From the NCBI GenBank assembly GCA_965656375.1, contig CBFHKH010000001.1, positions 644,291-708,290 of the forward strand: a DNA stretch of 64,000 bases, read 5' to 3'. This DNA comes from Minisyncoccia bacterium (GTDB lineage Bacteria; Patescibacteriota; Minisyncoccia; Phycocordibacterales; UBA9973). A program made the translations under genes and the position numbers. Numbering within the stretch: position 1 is the first letter of the stretch; each line of letters begins with the position of its first letter. The notes beneath the pieces are model-generated. The model did not search any database, was not told where the DNA came from, and was given only the letters and a program-made list of their open reading frames with translations. This document shows positions 38,298 through 47,181 of the stretch, piece by piece.

Positions 38298-40706
38298 ATG
38301 CCAAAGGCTAAAACTGCTGCAAAAAAGCTTATATTACTTGATACTCACGCGATTATTCATCGTGCCTACCATGCATTGCCAGAATTCATGAATTCTAAAG
38401 GAGAGCCAACTGGGGCACTGTATGGTCTTGCTACGATGCTCTTTAAGATTATTACGGAGCTTGAGCCAGACTATATTGTCGCATGCTACGATCTTCCAAA
38501 ACCGACATTCCGCCACGAAGCATATGACAACTACAAAGCGGGGAGAGCAAAGACTGATGATGCACTCGTCGCCCAACTTACACGATCGCGAGAATTTTTT
38601 GAAGCACTTTCTATACCAATGTATGAATCAAGTGGATTCGAAGCTGATGATTTGTTGGGTACAATTGCCGAGCAAGTAAAAAAAGAAAAAGATCTCGATG
38701 TTATCATCGCCTCAGGAGATATGGATACACTTCAATTAGTCGATGATGATCGCGTTCGCGTATATACCCTTAAAAAAGGAATCAACGATACTATTATATA
38801 TAACGAGAAACAAGTAGAAAGCCGTTTCGGATTCCTACCAAAACATTTACCGGACTACAAAGGTCTGCGTGGCGATCCATCAGACAATATCATCGGGATA
38901 AAAGGCATTGGTGAGAAGACAGCCACGATACTTATATCAGCATATGGAACGATCGAGGAAATGTATAAAGTTCTCAAAAAGAATCCCGAAAAAGTAAAAG
39001 CACTTGGTATTACTGATCGCATCCTTTCTCTTTTGAAGGATGGGGAGGAAGAAGCGCTTTTTTCAAAAACGCTTGCTACTATCCGTCGTGATGCACCGAT
39101 CAAGTTTGTAATGCCAAAGAGTATATGGAAAGAAACAGTTGTTCCAGATGCAGTTGCAGCTTTTTTCCGCACAATGGAATTCAAAAGTCTGCAGAATAGA
39201 TTTCTTGCTGTTGTGAAAGGAGAAGATTTTGTTATCTCAAAAGAGAGCGCAAAAAAAACTAGCGATGACACAAAAGAAGAAATCTATTCAGAAGAAGATC
39301 AGGAGAAAATAATAAAAGCAAAGATCGCATTCTGGCTTCTTGATTCAGAACAGACTGACCCAAGTATTGACGATATTATTCACTATAAGGGTGCAAATAC
39401 ACTAGGTGAAGCATATTTGAAATTGGAAGCTGATATAGAGAAAGAAAAGCTTGGCTATGTATACAAAGAGATAGAATTGCCACTTATACCGATCATAAAT
39501 GAAATGGAAAAAACAGGGATACGGGTTGATGTCGAATATTTGAAAAAATTATCAAAAGAATACCATGCCGATTTATCAAAGATAGAGAAAGCGATATGGA
39601 AACACGCAGGTCGGGAATTCAATATCAATTCCCCGAAGCAGCTTGGTGAAATTCTTTTCGACGAACTGGGACTTACAGTAAAGGGTATGAAAAAAAGCGC
39701 AGGAGGTGCGCGATCTACTCGTGAGAGCGAGCTCGAGAAACTCCGCGACCTCCACCCGATCATAGATGAGATTCTGAAATATCGCGAACTTCAGAAACTA
39801 CTTTCGACATACATAGATACTATTCCAGAGTATGTCGCAAACGATGGCCGGTTGCACGCTCACTTCATACAAGCGGGAAGTACGACAGGTAGATTTTCCG
39901 CAAGCAATCCAAACCTGCAAAATATCCCCATCAAAACTGAAAAAGGAAAAAACATTCGAAATGCATTTATCGCAGAGCCAGGAAATGTTCTTGCATCATT
40001 TGATTATTCCCAGATCGAACTTCGTGTTGCTGCTCTCTTGTCACAGGATTCGTACTTCTTGCAAGTATTTAAAGATAAAAAAGACATTCATACTGCGGTG
40101 GCGATGAAAGTATTTGGAGTTACTGAGAGTGAAGTTACTCATGATATGCGTCGTAGAGCAAAAGTTATAAACTTTGGTATCCTTTATGGTATGGGAGTCA
40201 ATGCGCTTCGTGCTAATCTTGGTACTGATCGCAAAGAAGCACAAGAATTTTATGACAATTACTTTGCACAATTCCCAACGATCGCTGCATATTTAGAAAG
40301 CATCAAGAATTTTGCAAAAGCGCATGGATATACAGAAACTCTTTTTGGTCGCAAACGATATTTCCCTAGTATTCGCTCTCCGCTTCCATTTATCCGAGCA
40401 ATGGCAGAACGCATGGCAACAAATGCTCCGATTCAAGGTACTGCAACAGCAGATATTATAAAAATTGGGATGAAAAATGCGCGATTAGAACTTGAGAAAA
40501 GAGGGTTACTTAAGAAGGTGCGGTTGCTACTGCAAGTTCATGATGAACTCGTGTATGAGATCAAAGAAGATGTCCTCACGGAAGCAACTGAAATTATCGA
40601 GTATGCAATGAAAAATGCAATACCGAGCGAATTCTTGGAGAATAGAGAGCCTGTACCCCTTGAAGTTTCATACGGGTATGGGCCTACATGGGGAAGTTTG
40701 AAATAG
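38298..40706 (+). CDS. polA: DNA polymerase I (5'-3' exonuclease + polymerase domains)
   Basis: Start moved to ATG 38298 (MPKAK). N-terminal 5'-nuclease LILLDTHAIIHRAYHAL; C-terminal pol motifs (RRRAKVINFGILYGMG, QVHDELV). Confidence 0.88.
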   Translation: MPKAKTAAKKLILLDTHAIIHRAYHALPEFMNSKGEPTGALYGLATMLFKIITELEPDYIVACYDLPKPTFRHEAYDNYKAGRAKTDDALVAQLTRSREFFEALSIPMYESSGFEADDLLGTIAEQVKKEKDLDVIIASGDMDTLQLVDDDRVRVYTLKKGINDTIIYNEKQVESRFGFLPKHLPDYKGLRGDPSDNIIGIKGIGEKTATILISAYGTIEEMYKVLKKNPEKVKALGITDRILSLLKDGEEEALFSKTLATIRRDAPIKFVMPKSIWKETVVPDAVAAFFRTMEFKSLQNRFLAVVKGEDFVISKESAKKTSDDTKEEIYSEEDQEKIIKAKIAFWLLDSEQTDPSIDDIIHYKGANTLGEAYLKLEADIEKEKLGYVYKEIELPLIPIINEMEKTGIRVDVEYLKKLSKEYHADLSKIEKAIWKHAGREFNINSPKQLGEILFDELGLTVKGMKKSAGGARSTRESELEKLRDLHPIIDEILKYRELQKLLSTYIDTIPEYVANDGRLHAHFIQAGSTTGRFSASNPNLQNIPIKTEKGKNIRNAFIAEPGNVLASFDYSQIELRVAALLSQDSYFLQVFKDKKDIHTAVAMKVFGVTESEVTHDMRRRAKVINFGILYGMGVNALRANLGTDRKEAQEFYDNYFAQFPTIAAYLESIKNFAKAHGYTETLFGRKRYFPSIRSPLPFIRAMAERMATNAPIQGTATADIIKIGMKNARLELEKRGLLKKVRLLLQVHDELVYEIKEDVLTEATEIIEYAMKNAIPSEFLENREPVPLEVSYGYGPTWGSLK

Positions 40707-40742
40707 TAGCGAAAATAAAGTTCGAGTGATAGGATTGAGTAT

Positions 40743-41243
40743 ATGACTAAAAGAAAAACACATGATGGGCATGATAGAGAATCACTCCGCCTCGGAATGG
40801 TACATTTTATCCTTTCCCATTCATATAGTGTATTTCTTATTGCGGTGATAGCAGGGGCAATTTGCCATAGCATCTTTACAATAAGTTTATTTGAAAATCC
40901 AATATACCCCTATGTTGGGTTAATTATGATCATACTCGGATCGGCCTTGATCTATTGGGCACAGACTACCTCGAATCGAACAAGTAAAGAAGTGATGAAT
41001 GGAATACGAACAGAACGCGATTTTGAACGTGGACCGTATAAATATACGCGAAGCCCAACACACAGCGGACTCGCTATTATGATTTTAGGGCTGAGTATTA
41101 TTCTCAACTCTTTCTTCACCTTTATTTTTGTAGTTATCGCTACGATACTGACAAAACGTATCTTTTTGAAAAAAGAAGAAGCATTGCTTGAAAAGCGCTA
41201 CGGTGATATCTATAGAGAGTATAAAGAAAAAGTAAGGATATAG
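40743..41243 (+). CDS. isoprenylcysteine carboxyl methyltransferase (ICMT)/phospholipid methyltransferase family membrane protein
   Basis: Multi-TM; ERGPYKYTRSPTHSGLAIMILG matches the RHPxY-G motif region of the ICMT/PEMT family. Confidence 0.6.
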   Translation: MTKRKTHDGHDRESLRLGMVHFILSHSYSVFLIAVIAGAICHSIFTISLFENPIYPYVGLIMIILGSALIYWAQTTSNRTSKEVMNGIRTERDFERGPYKYTRSPTHSGLAIMILGLSIILNSFFTFIFVVIATILTKRIFLKKEEALLEKRYGDIYREYKEKVRI

Positions 41244-41245
41244 AT

Positions 41246-41881
41246 ATGATATATATACTCGAGGGTAATGATCTAAAGAAAAAGAGCACACGTCTTTTGG
41301 CACTCGTAGGACCACGAAATACTATTCAACTCCGAGAAGAAGACAGTAAAAGAGAATCGCTCCTCGAATATGCCGAGAGCATAAGCCTCTTTGGTGATTC
41401 GCCGATTGTTGTAATTAAGGATGTGCTTTCAGAGAAAAGCTTCTCTCTCTCGGCGAAAGATCTTACTTTTCTTGAATCTTCACAAACACTTTTTATTTTT
41501 CTCGAAGATACACTGAAAGCAGCAGATAAGAAGAAATATGAGAAATATGCATCGATCGAATCGATGAACACACAAAAAATTGCAAAAGCACCGACGGTAA
41601 ACACATTTGCGATTGCCGATAGTTTTGCGCGTCGAGACAAGATAGGCACCTGGGTTCTCTATCATGAAGCGATCAATACTGGAGCTCTACCTGAAATGAT
41701 CTCAGGGATGCTTTTTTGGAAGATAAAAACCCTTATCCTTGGTACAAGTACAGTATTTACAAAAGAAGAACTAAAAAAGCAATCAAGCTCTATTGTATCT
41801 CTGTATCATCAAGCTCATAGAGGCGAGAAGGATTTCATTATAGGGCTCGAGCAGTTCATTCTTTCATCCTTATCGAAATAG
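41246..41881 (+). CDS. holA: DNA polymerase III delta subunit (HolA)-like, short form
   Basis: MIYILEGND start; overall pattern resembling HolA domains I-III; position next to polA. Weak. Confidence 0.4.
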   Translation: MIYILEGNDLKKKSTRLLALVGPRNTIQLREEDSKRESLLEYAESISLFGDSPIVVIKDVLSEKSFSLSAKDLTFLESSQTLFIFLEDTLKAADKKKYEKYASIESMNTQKIAKAPTVNTFAIADSFARRDKIGTWVLYHEAINTGALPEMISGMLFWKIKTLILGTSTVFTKEELKKQSSSIVSLYHQAHRGEKDFIIGLEQFILSSLSK

Positions 41882-41897
41882 GTGATATACTAGAGGT

Positions 41898-42155
41898 ATG
41901 GAATCCATAATCAAATCTGATATATTTTTCTTCATTACATCTATCTCTGTCGTTGTTCTCACGGTATTCCTTGGTATCATTGGATTCTATATAGTAAGGA
42001 TAGTGAGGAATTTTTCTCACATATCAGAAACCCTGAAAAATTCAGTGGACGATGCTGATAGTGAGGTTCGCGAGATGGTTGAACATGTGAAGGAAAGTGC
42101 TGTTTTTAATTTTATTTTTGGTAAAAAGAAAAAACACACGAAAAGTCGCAATTAA
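41898..42155 (+). CDS. small membrane protein, hypothetical
   Basis: One TM, ISVVVLTVFLGIIGFYIV. Confidence 0.35.
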   Translation: MESIIKSDIFFFITSISVVVLTVFLGIIGFYIVRIVRNFSHISETLKNSVDDADSEVREMVEHVKESAVFNFIFGKKKKHTKSRN

Positions 42156-42178
42156 TAACTAATAGGTATATATACATT

Positions 42179-42613
42179 ATGAAAAAACAAACAGTAAAAA
42201 AGGGAATGTCTACAGGTGCAAAGATCGGTATTGGGGCAACTGTTGCAGCAGCAGGAGTAGCAGCATATCTTCTCCTTGGTCCGGATGGGAAGAAGAATCG
42301 TAAGAAGGTTAGTGCATGGACAGACAAGATGGAGAAAGAAGTGATTAAAAAGGTTAAATCTGCAAAGGCTCTCTCAGAAGCGACATATCATGATCTCATC
42401 GACGATGTCCTTGCGAAATACAAGACCATACAAGGAGTCAATAAAAAAGAACTTATTGCTCTTGCGTCTGAATTGCGCAATCATTGGAAAGCAATTTCAA
42501 ATAGTGCAAAACCAAAGAAGGTAGTAAAGAAAGTTGTAAAGGCAAAAGTTAAGAGTGCTTTAAAACCAAAGAAAGCGACAAAAGCTACATCAAAACAAAA
42601 AGCAAAAAAGTAA
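42179..42613 (+). CDS. lysine-rich hypothetical protein with N-terminal hydrophobic segment
   Basis: K-rich C-terminus (KPKKVVKKVVKAKVKSALKPKKATKATSKQKAKK). Confidence 0.4.
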   Translation: MKKQTVKKGMSTGAKIGIGATVAAAGVAAYLLLGPDGKKNRKKVSAWTDKMEKEVIKKVKSAKALSEATYHDLIDDVLAKYKTIQGVNKKELIALASELRNHWKAISNSAKPKKVVKKVVKAKVKSALKPKKATKATSKQKAKK

Positions 42614-42616
42614 TAG

Positions 42617-42666
42617 ACTCATATTAAAATCCCCCGATTTCTGTCGGGGGATTTTAATATGAGTTT
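42617..42666. terminator. extended hairpin terminator (ACTCATATTAAAATCCCCCGA...TGTCGGGGGATTTTAATATGAGT)
   Basis: ~23-bp inverted-repeat arms, between convergent genes. Confidence 0.6.
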
Positions 42667-42818
42667 TATGCAACAGGATTCTTACCTTTGATGACTCGTA
42701 CGAGCAACATGATTATCGCTACCACAAGAAGGATATGGATAAAGCCGCTGATAGTATATGAAGTGACCAATCCGAGAATCCACAAAATGATAAGGATTAC
42801 TGCAATTGTAGTAAGCAT
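42666..42818 (-). CDS. lmo0937-family small membrane protein (50 aa)
   Basis: Hand-translated ORF, not in the track: MLTTIAVILIILWILGLVTSYTISGFIHILLVVAIIMLLVRVIKGKNPVA. GFIHILLV.AII is the family signature. Confidence 0.55.
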   Translation of the reverse strand: MLTTIAVILIILWILGLVTSYTISGFIHILLVVAIIMLLVRVIKGKNPVA

Positions 42819-43294
42819 GATATATATTCGTTAATAAATAATATGATATGAAGGAGACGATTCGATCATATCTCTCACATTTCCAGTATAACTTTCTTTT
42901 TGGCAAAAAGAAAAGGCCTAGGAGTTAACTCTCGAGTTATTCGAGACCTAGCTCCTAAGCCTTTGGCTTTAGATTAAAGAACATTCTGCACAGTATAATA
43001 CTAGAGTGCATATTTTCTATGATATATCGGACAATATTTACTTTAAAACCCCTCTATCGTCGGGTGAAACGAATATGCCGCTTATCAAACTACCTTGTTC
43101 TTATTATACAACTACTATCCACAGTCATCAAATAAAGATGTGGATAACTCTTGGTAGGAAATCTCGCTGACGGCGCGTGATTGGTGGTTTGCATGCAAAC
43201 AGCACCAATCTTTCGATTCCTACACGCACGACATGCAGATGTCGTGCTCGAGGGCACATATGAAAAAGAACACTCTAGAGTGTTCTTTTTCATA

Positions 43295-43336
43295 TGTGCC
43301 CTCGGTAGGAATCGAACCTACGACCATCTCCTTAAA
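43295..43336 (-). repeat. 42-nt duplicate of the 3' half of tRNA-Lys(UUU) (anticodon loop to acceptor end), att-like direct repeat
   Basis: tgtgccctcggtaggaatcgaacctacgaccatctccttaaa is identical to 44710..44751 of the intact tRNA-Lys. Confidence 0.7.
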
Positions 43337-44073
43337 TAATATATTTTCATTAAATAATAAAAGTTATTCTAAGTCAATGGCTAAATTCTTGCAAAAGTTT
43401 TTTTCGACGTGATACAATGAACGCAAGGATATAAGATATCCAAAAACAAATATAAAGTTTCTCTATTAGCGTGGAGAAGCAGGCAATCATTCAGTATTCC
43501 AAAAAACTGAAAAATACCTTAAAGGGGCATGTGAGACTCCCAGGAGTCTCATCACGCTAAAACAATGGGACACTGGATTAATTTTCAGAGTTCACATGCG
43601 CCTTTAGGGTATTTTTATTTGTAAGTGTTCTCTGAGAGCAACCGTTCTGGTTGGTTGTTTATCAGGGTACGTTTATAAGTAACTTTGGGAGTGTTGTTGT
43701 ACCTAAAACTCCACGTCGCAGGACATAAAACTGATGTGCCATGAACACTATTTCTTGCACATGTGCCTTAATCTGTGTTGCCTACGTGACTCGGAAAGGT
43801 GGTTGGCGTGACTATGCTCGCAAACGCGGGTTCAAATGTTGGCCAATTACTGACTCTCGATCGTGTGAGTTACACAACAAAAAAGCCCTCAAACCATAAC
43901 AAGTTTTAAAGGCTAAAATGAAAGCTTCTTTGTTTTCTTTCTCCCCATTTCCACAAGAATGGGGATTTTCTTTTAATAGATATATTATACCAACAAGGGA
44001 AGCAAATTTGAATAGGAAATACCCCTTGTTAACCGTGTGCATATCTTACTCGATTGAGGGAATTTATGCAACC

Positions 44074-44107
44074 TAAAATCCCCTTGATATATCAAGGGGA
44101 TTTTAGC
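44074..44107. terminator. perfect palindromic hairpin CTAAAATCCCCTTGATA-TATCAAGGGGATTTTAG
   Basis: Perfect 17-bp arms; same AAAATCCCC stem family. Confidence 0.55.
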
Positions 44108-44215
44108 TTCTGAACCTTTGGCGTTTTAGTTGGTCGATACTGGCCAGTCTTCTTCAAATACTCAACCATACCTTTCCGACCAGCCTTCGATAATTTTTCT
44201 GTAACTTTTTTCATA

Positions 44216-44479
44216 CTAATCAAAATAAATTCCGCCATGTCTGAATCCAAGCCACATCAGGAAACAGATCATAATTAAGAGAGCCGGGAGTTTCCACCAT
44301 GAAAGCTTTTTCTCAGTAAATAGTTGGCTTGTGAATGCCAAACCAATAGTGAGGAATCCTGTGATGGTAAGCGAGGTTTCAAAGTTCACGAAATACATGA
44401 GAACAAAAAAGAGAGCACCGAGGAGTAGAATCGATATTCGAAAGAATGATCGAGCTTCCTCATCTTGAGGTATATGCAT
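44216..44479 (-). CDS. small 3-TM membrane protein, hypothetical
   Basis: Three hydrophobic helices; lies within the att-like-bounded island. Confidence 0.4.
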   Translation of the reverse strand: MHIPQDEEARSFFRISILLLGALFFVLMYFVNFETSLTITGFLTIGLAFTSQLFTEKKLSWWKLPALLIMICFLMWLGFRHGGIYFD

Positions 44480-44711
44480 GGGCGAGGTCGTTTAACTAAT
44501 AACGCAAAACACCATCCTGGAAATGGCCGACCTCGCGAGTAGACCACTCCAAGATGGAGCTTTATACGCGAGGTCTTTATTTGTTTTGCCCTTTAATTGT
44601 AGCATAAATAGGCAGAGGGCGTACAAGAAACCGCCTAACGGCGGTTTCTTGTACGCAACATGTGGATAAGTACGTATTCTTCTCTTTCCTACTTTCCTTT
44701 TACTTATACTG

Positions 44712-44784
44712 TGCCCTCGGTAGGAATCGAACCTACGACCATCTCCTTAAAAGGGAGCTGCTCTACCGACTGAGCTACGAGGGC
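44712..44784 (-). tRNA. tRNA-Lys (anticodon UUU)
   Basis: Hand-folded cloverleaf: acceptor GCCCTCG/CGAGGGC, D-arm GCTCAGTCGGTAGAGC, anticodon loop CUUUUAA, T-arm GTAGGTTCGATTCCTAC. No encoded CCA. Confidence 0.8.
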
Positions 44785-44836
44785 ATTTGCTTGTATAAAA
44801 TTCATTTTACAAGTACACTCAAAAATATCACATTTT

Positions 44837-45334
44837 ATGGAAAAAATCAATAAAACAAAGAATAAACCAGAAGTCATCTTGATTCTCCCTGATATCAGAT
44901 CTGCAATAAATGTCGGTTCAATATTTCGAACGGCAGATGCTGCTGGAGTAGGGAAAATCTATCTCACTGGGTATACGCCGCGTCCAACTGATACATTTGG
45001 CCGAATACAAAAGGATATAGCAAAAAGTGCGCTCGGAGCTGAAACATGGATTCCCTGGGAATACAAAAAAAGTGTATCTGCCCTCATTTCAAAATTACAA
45101 AAAGATGGATACAGCATTGTTGCTCTTGAACAAGATGAGAAGTCAATTGATTACAAGAAATTCAAAACGCCTACAAAGATGGCCCTCATTGTCGGTTCAG
45201 AAGTGGAAGGCTTGAACAAGAAAATAGTAAATACATGTGACTCTGTAATAGAAATACCGATGTACGGTAAGAAAGAGTCTCTCAATGTGGGAGTTGCCGC
45301 TGGGATCGTGTTGTTTCGAATACTCGAACGCTAG
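44837..45334 (+). CDS. SpoU/TrmH-family RNA 2'-O-methyltransferase
   Basis: ILILPDIRSAINVGSIFRTADAAGV...LIVGSEVEGL...IPMYGKKESLNVGVAAGIVLF are SPOUT motifs. Confidence 0.7.
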   Translation: MEKINKTKNKPEVILILPDIRSAINVGSIFRTADAAGVGKIYLTGYTPRPTDTFGRIQKDIAKSALGAETWIPWEYKKSVSALISKLQKDGYSIVALEQDEKSIDYKKFKTPTKMALIVGSEVEGLNKKIVNTCDSVIEIPMYGKKESLNVGVAAGIVLFRILER

Positions 45335-45531
45335 TTTGGTTTTTCACCTGGACCGTAGACTTGAAGCGGAGCTTCTGTATCATTGCCCGGAGTTATGAAT
45401 GGCTTATCTGTTGAAACATTATTCTCAGGTCCTCCGGTGAGAACCCAAATGACGAATATAGCCACAATGAAAAGGAGAATCATTACAAGGAAATCCATTT
45501 CACCTTTTTGATAGTTAATTCTTTTATTCAT
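45331..45531 (-). CDS. small membrane protein, hypothetical
   Basis: One TM FLVMILLFIVAIFVIWVL; translationally coupled to mutM. Confidence 0.35.
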   Translation of the reverse strand: MNKRINYQKGEMDFLVMILLFIVAIFVIWVLTGGPENNVSTDKPFITPGNDTEAPLQVYGPGEKPN

Positions 45532-45533
45532 AT

Positions 45534-46469
45534 TTATAAAAATATTTTCTGGTGCTTACTGCAAAAGTGAGCACTGCGACCACTGATAACTTTTCTTAGT
45601 ATAACACCTGTGCAACCTTTTTTACTACATCGCTCTTTGGTCTTACGGTATGCGTTATGATGACCTTGGAACTTCCCACGATTACCATTTATATCCCGGT
45701 AATCAGATGTCGAGTCTCCGCCAAAATCGATACCTTTTCTAAGAACGTCTCCCATACTTTTATATAAAATCTTTAATTGACGTGTCGGAATCTTGCTCGG
45801 TTTTGATTCGGGATGAATAGAAGCGCGCCAGAGCATTTCATCAGAGTATATATTGCCGATGCCTGCAATGATTGACTGATCCATAAGTACAGTTTTAATA
45901 GCACCGTGTGGACGTCGGAACAAACACTCCTTGAACTTTGAAAGTGTGAAATTCTTTTCAAGTGGTTCAGGGCCAAGAGATCCGAGATGAGAACTTGTAA
46001 TGATTTCTTTTGTCGGGATTACAGTTATCTTGGCAAATTTTCGCATATCAGAAAGAACGATATGCTTGCCATTATCGAGTGTAAAAACGACATGAAGGAA
46101 TTTATTGAACCGATCCCGAAGTGCTTCGTTTTTCTCATCGAAATCAGGTGCCCATTGTTTTACCTTTTTGTCGTATTGATACAGTCCATACATGATATGG
46201 CCTGTCATCTTCATATGGATAAGGATCGTTTCTCCGTTTTCCATGTTGACGAGGATATTCTTCCCTCGTCGCTCTACAGTCGAGACAGGTATCCCGATTA
46301 CTTTTTTTCTAAATAAAGAGAAGTAATTCTGATCTTTTAATGTATCTCTATGATGAGCACGCGATACTTTTTTCATCCCAAGATCAGTCCAAATATCGAC
46401 AATTGATCGCCCTTTTAAAACTTTTTTGAGTCCTTGTACTGTGGTAGTAACTTCTGGTAGTTCTGGCAT
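45534..46469 (-). CDS. mutM: formamidopyrimidine-DNA glycosylase (Fpg/Nei family)
   Basis: N-terminal MPELPEV with catalytic Pro2/Glu; C-terminal zinc finger C...C...C..C. Confidence 0.8.
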   Translation of the reverse strand: MPELPEVTTTVQGLKKVLKGRSIVDIWTDLGMKKVSRAHHRDTLKDQNYFSLFRKKVIGIPVSTVERRGKNILVNMENGETILIHMKMTGHIMYGLYQYDKKVKQWAPDFDEKNEALRDRFNKFLHVVFTLDNGKHIVLSDMRKFAKITVIPTKEIITSSHLGSLGPEPLEKNFTLSKFKECLFRRPHGAIKTVLMDQSIIAGIGNIYSDEMLWRASIHPESKPSKIPTRQLKILYKSMGDVLRKGIDFGGDSTSDYRDINGNRGKFQGHHNAYRKTKERCSKKGCTGVILRKVISGRSAHFCSKHQKIFL

Positions 46470-46472
46470 AGT

Positions 46473-47057
46473 TTACTTTCCGCCTAATATCTTAAGCGCT
46501 TCTTTGATTCGAGCGTTGGTTGTATCGATAGAAGCGGGAACTTGCTTGAGAGCATCCCGAGCCTCTACGTGAGAGTACCCGAGAGTCTTGAGTGCCTCGA
46601 GTGCATCACTCTCACCCCTGAGCATCGATGAAGTATTTCCTTCACCGGTATGTGCATGTAATTTATCCCGAAGTTCGAGGACAATCTTCTCCGCTGTTTT
46701 TCTGCCGATGCCAGATACTTTATTTAAATAACTCGTATCACCTGTAGCAATTGCTTTTTTAAGCGTATCAGTTGATGCAACTGCAAGGATGGAGAGTGCT
46801 GATTTAGGACCGATACCTGAGACATCAAGAAGAAGTTCAAAGAATCCGAGTTCATCATTAGTAGTGAACCCGTAGAGATCAATAGAATTCTCTCGAACAG
46901 CAGTATAAATCCACAGTGATACTTTCTCATCCATATGTATGGAATTCATAGTATCGAGTGTAGTAAAAACCTTGTATCCTACTCCTGATACGTCAATAAT
47001 TGCAAATTTATCAGTTTTATATAGGACAGTGCCTACCAGATGTGAAATCATAGCCAC
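46473..47057 (-). CDS. ruvA: Holliday junction DNA helicase RuvA
   Basis: MISHLVGTVLYKTDKFAIIDVSGVGYKV OB-fold; HhH motifs LLDVSGIGPKSA and VSGIGRKTAEKI. Confidence 0.88.
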   Translation of the reverse strand: MAMISHLVGTVLYKTDKFAIIDVSGVGYKVFTTLDTMNSIHMDEKVSLWIYTAVRENSIDLYGFTTNDELGFFELLLDVSGIGPKSALSILAVASTDTLKKAIATGDTSYLNKVSGIGRKTAEKIVLELRDKLHAHTGEGNTSSMLRGESDALEALKTLGYSHVEARDALKQVPASIDTTNARIKEALKILGGK

Positions 47058-47181
47058 AGTATAGCAAATTTGATAATTCTCTGCTTTTCTGGTATTATAG
47101 GACTATTCAGTTTTACCTGTGTCTCGGGGAAGTTGAATTTGATTCATAATTAGTATTTGTTAATTCATCATTATCTAGAAT

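Noticed and set aside
43812-44042. 76-aa minus-strand ORF inside the island
   Set aside because: No start context or motif, and it lies in a region full of inverted repeats. More likely non-coding; mentioned only in the island finding.
44480-44700. Possible riboswitch in the 5' region of the 87-aa membrane protein gene (repeated CGAGGTC/GACCTCG words and hairpin 44618-44656)
   Set aside because: The repeated words form plausible stems, but I could not match any known riboswitch consensus (fluoride, SAM, TPP, glycine) by inspection. Left as unassigned.
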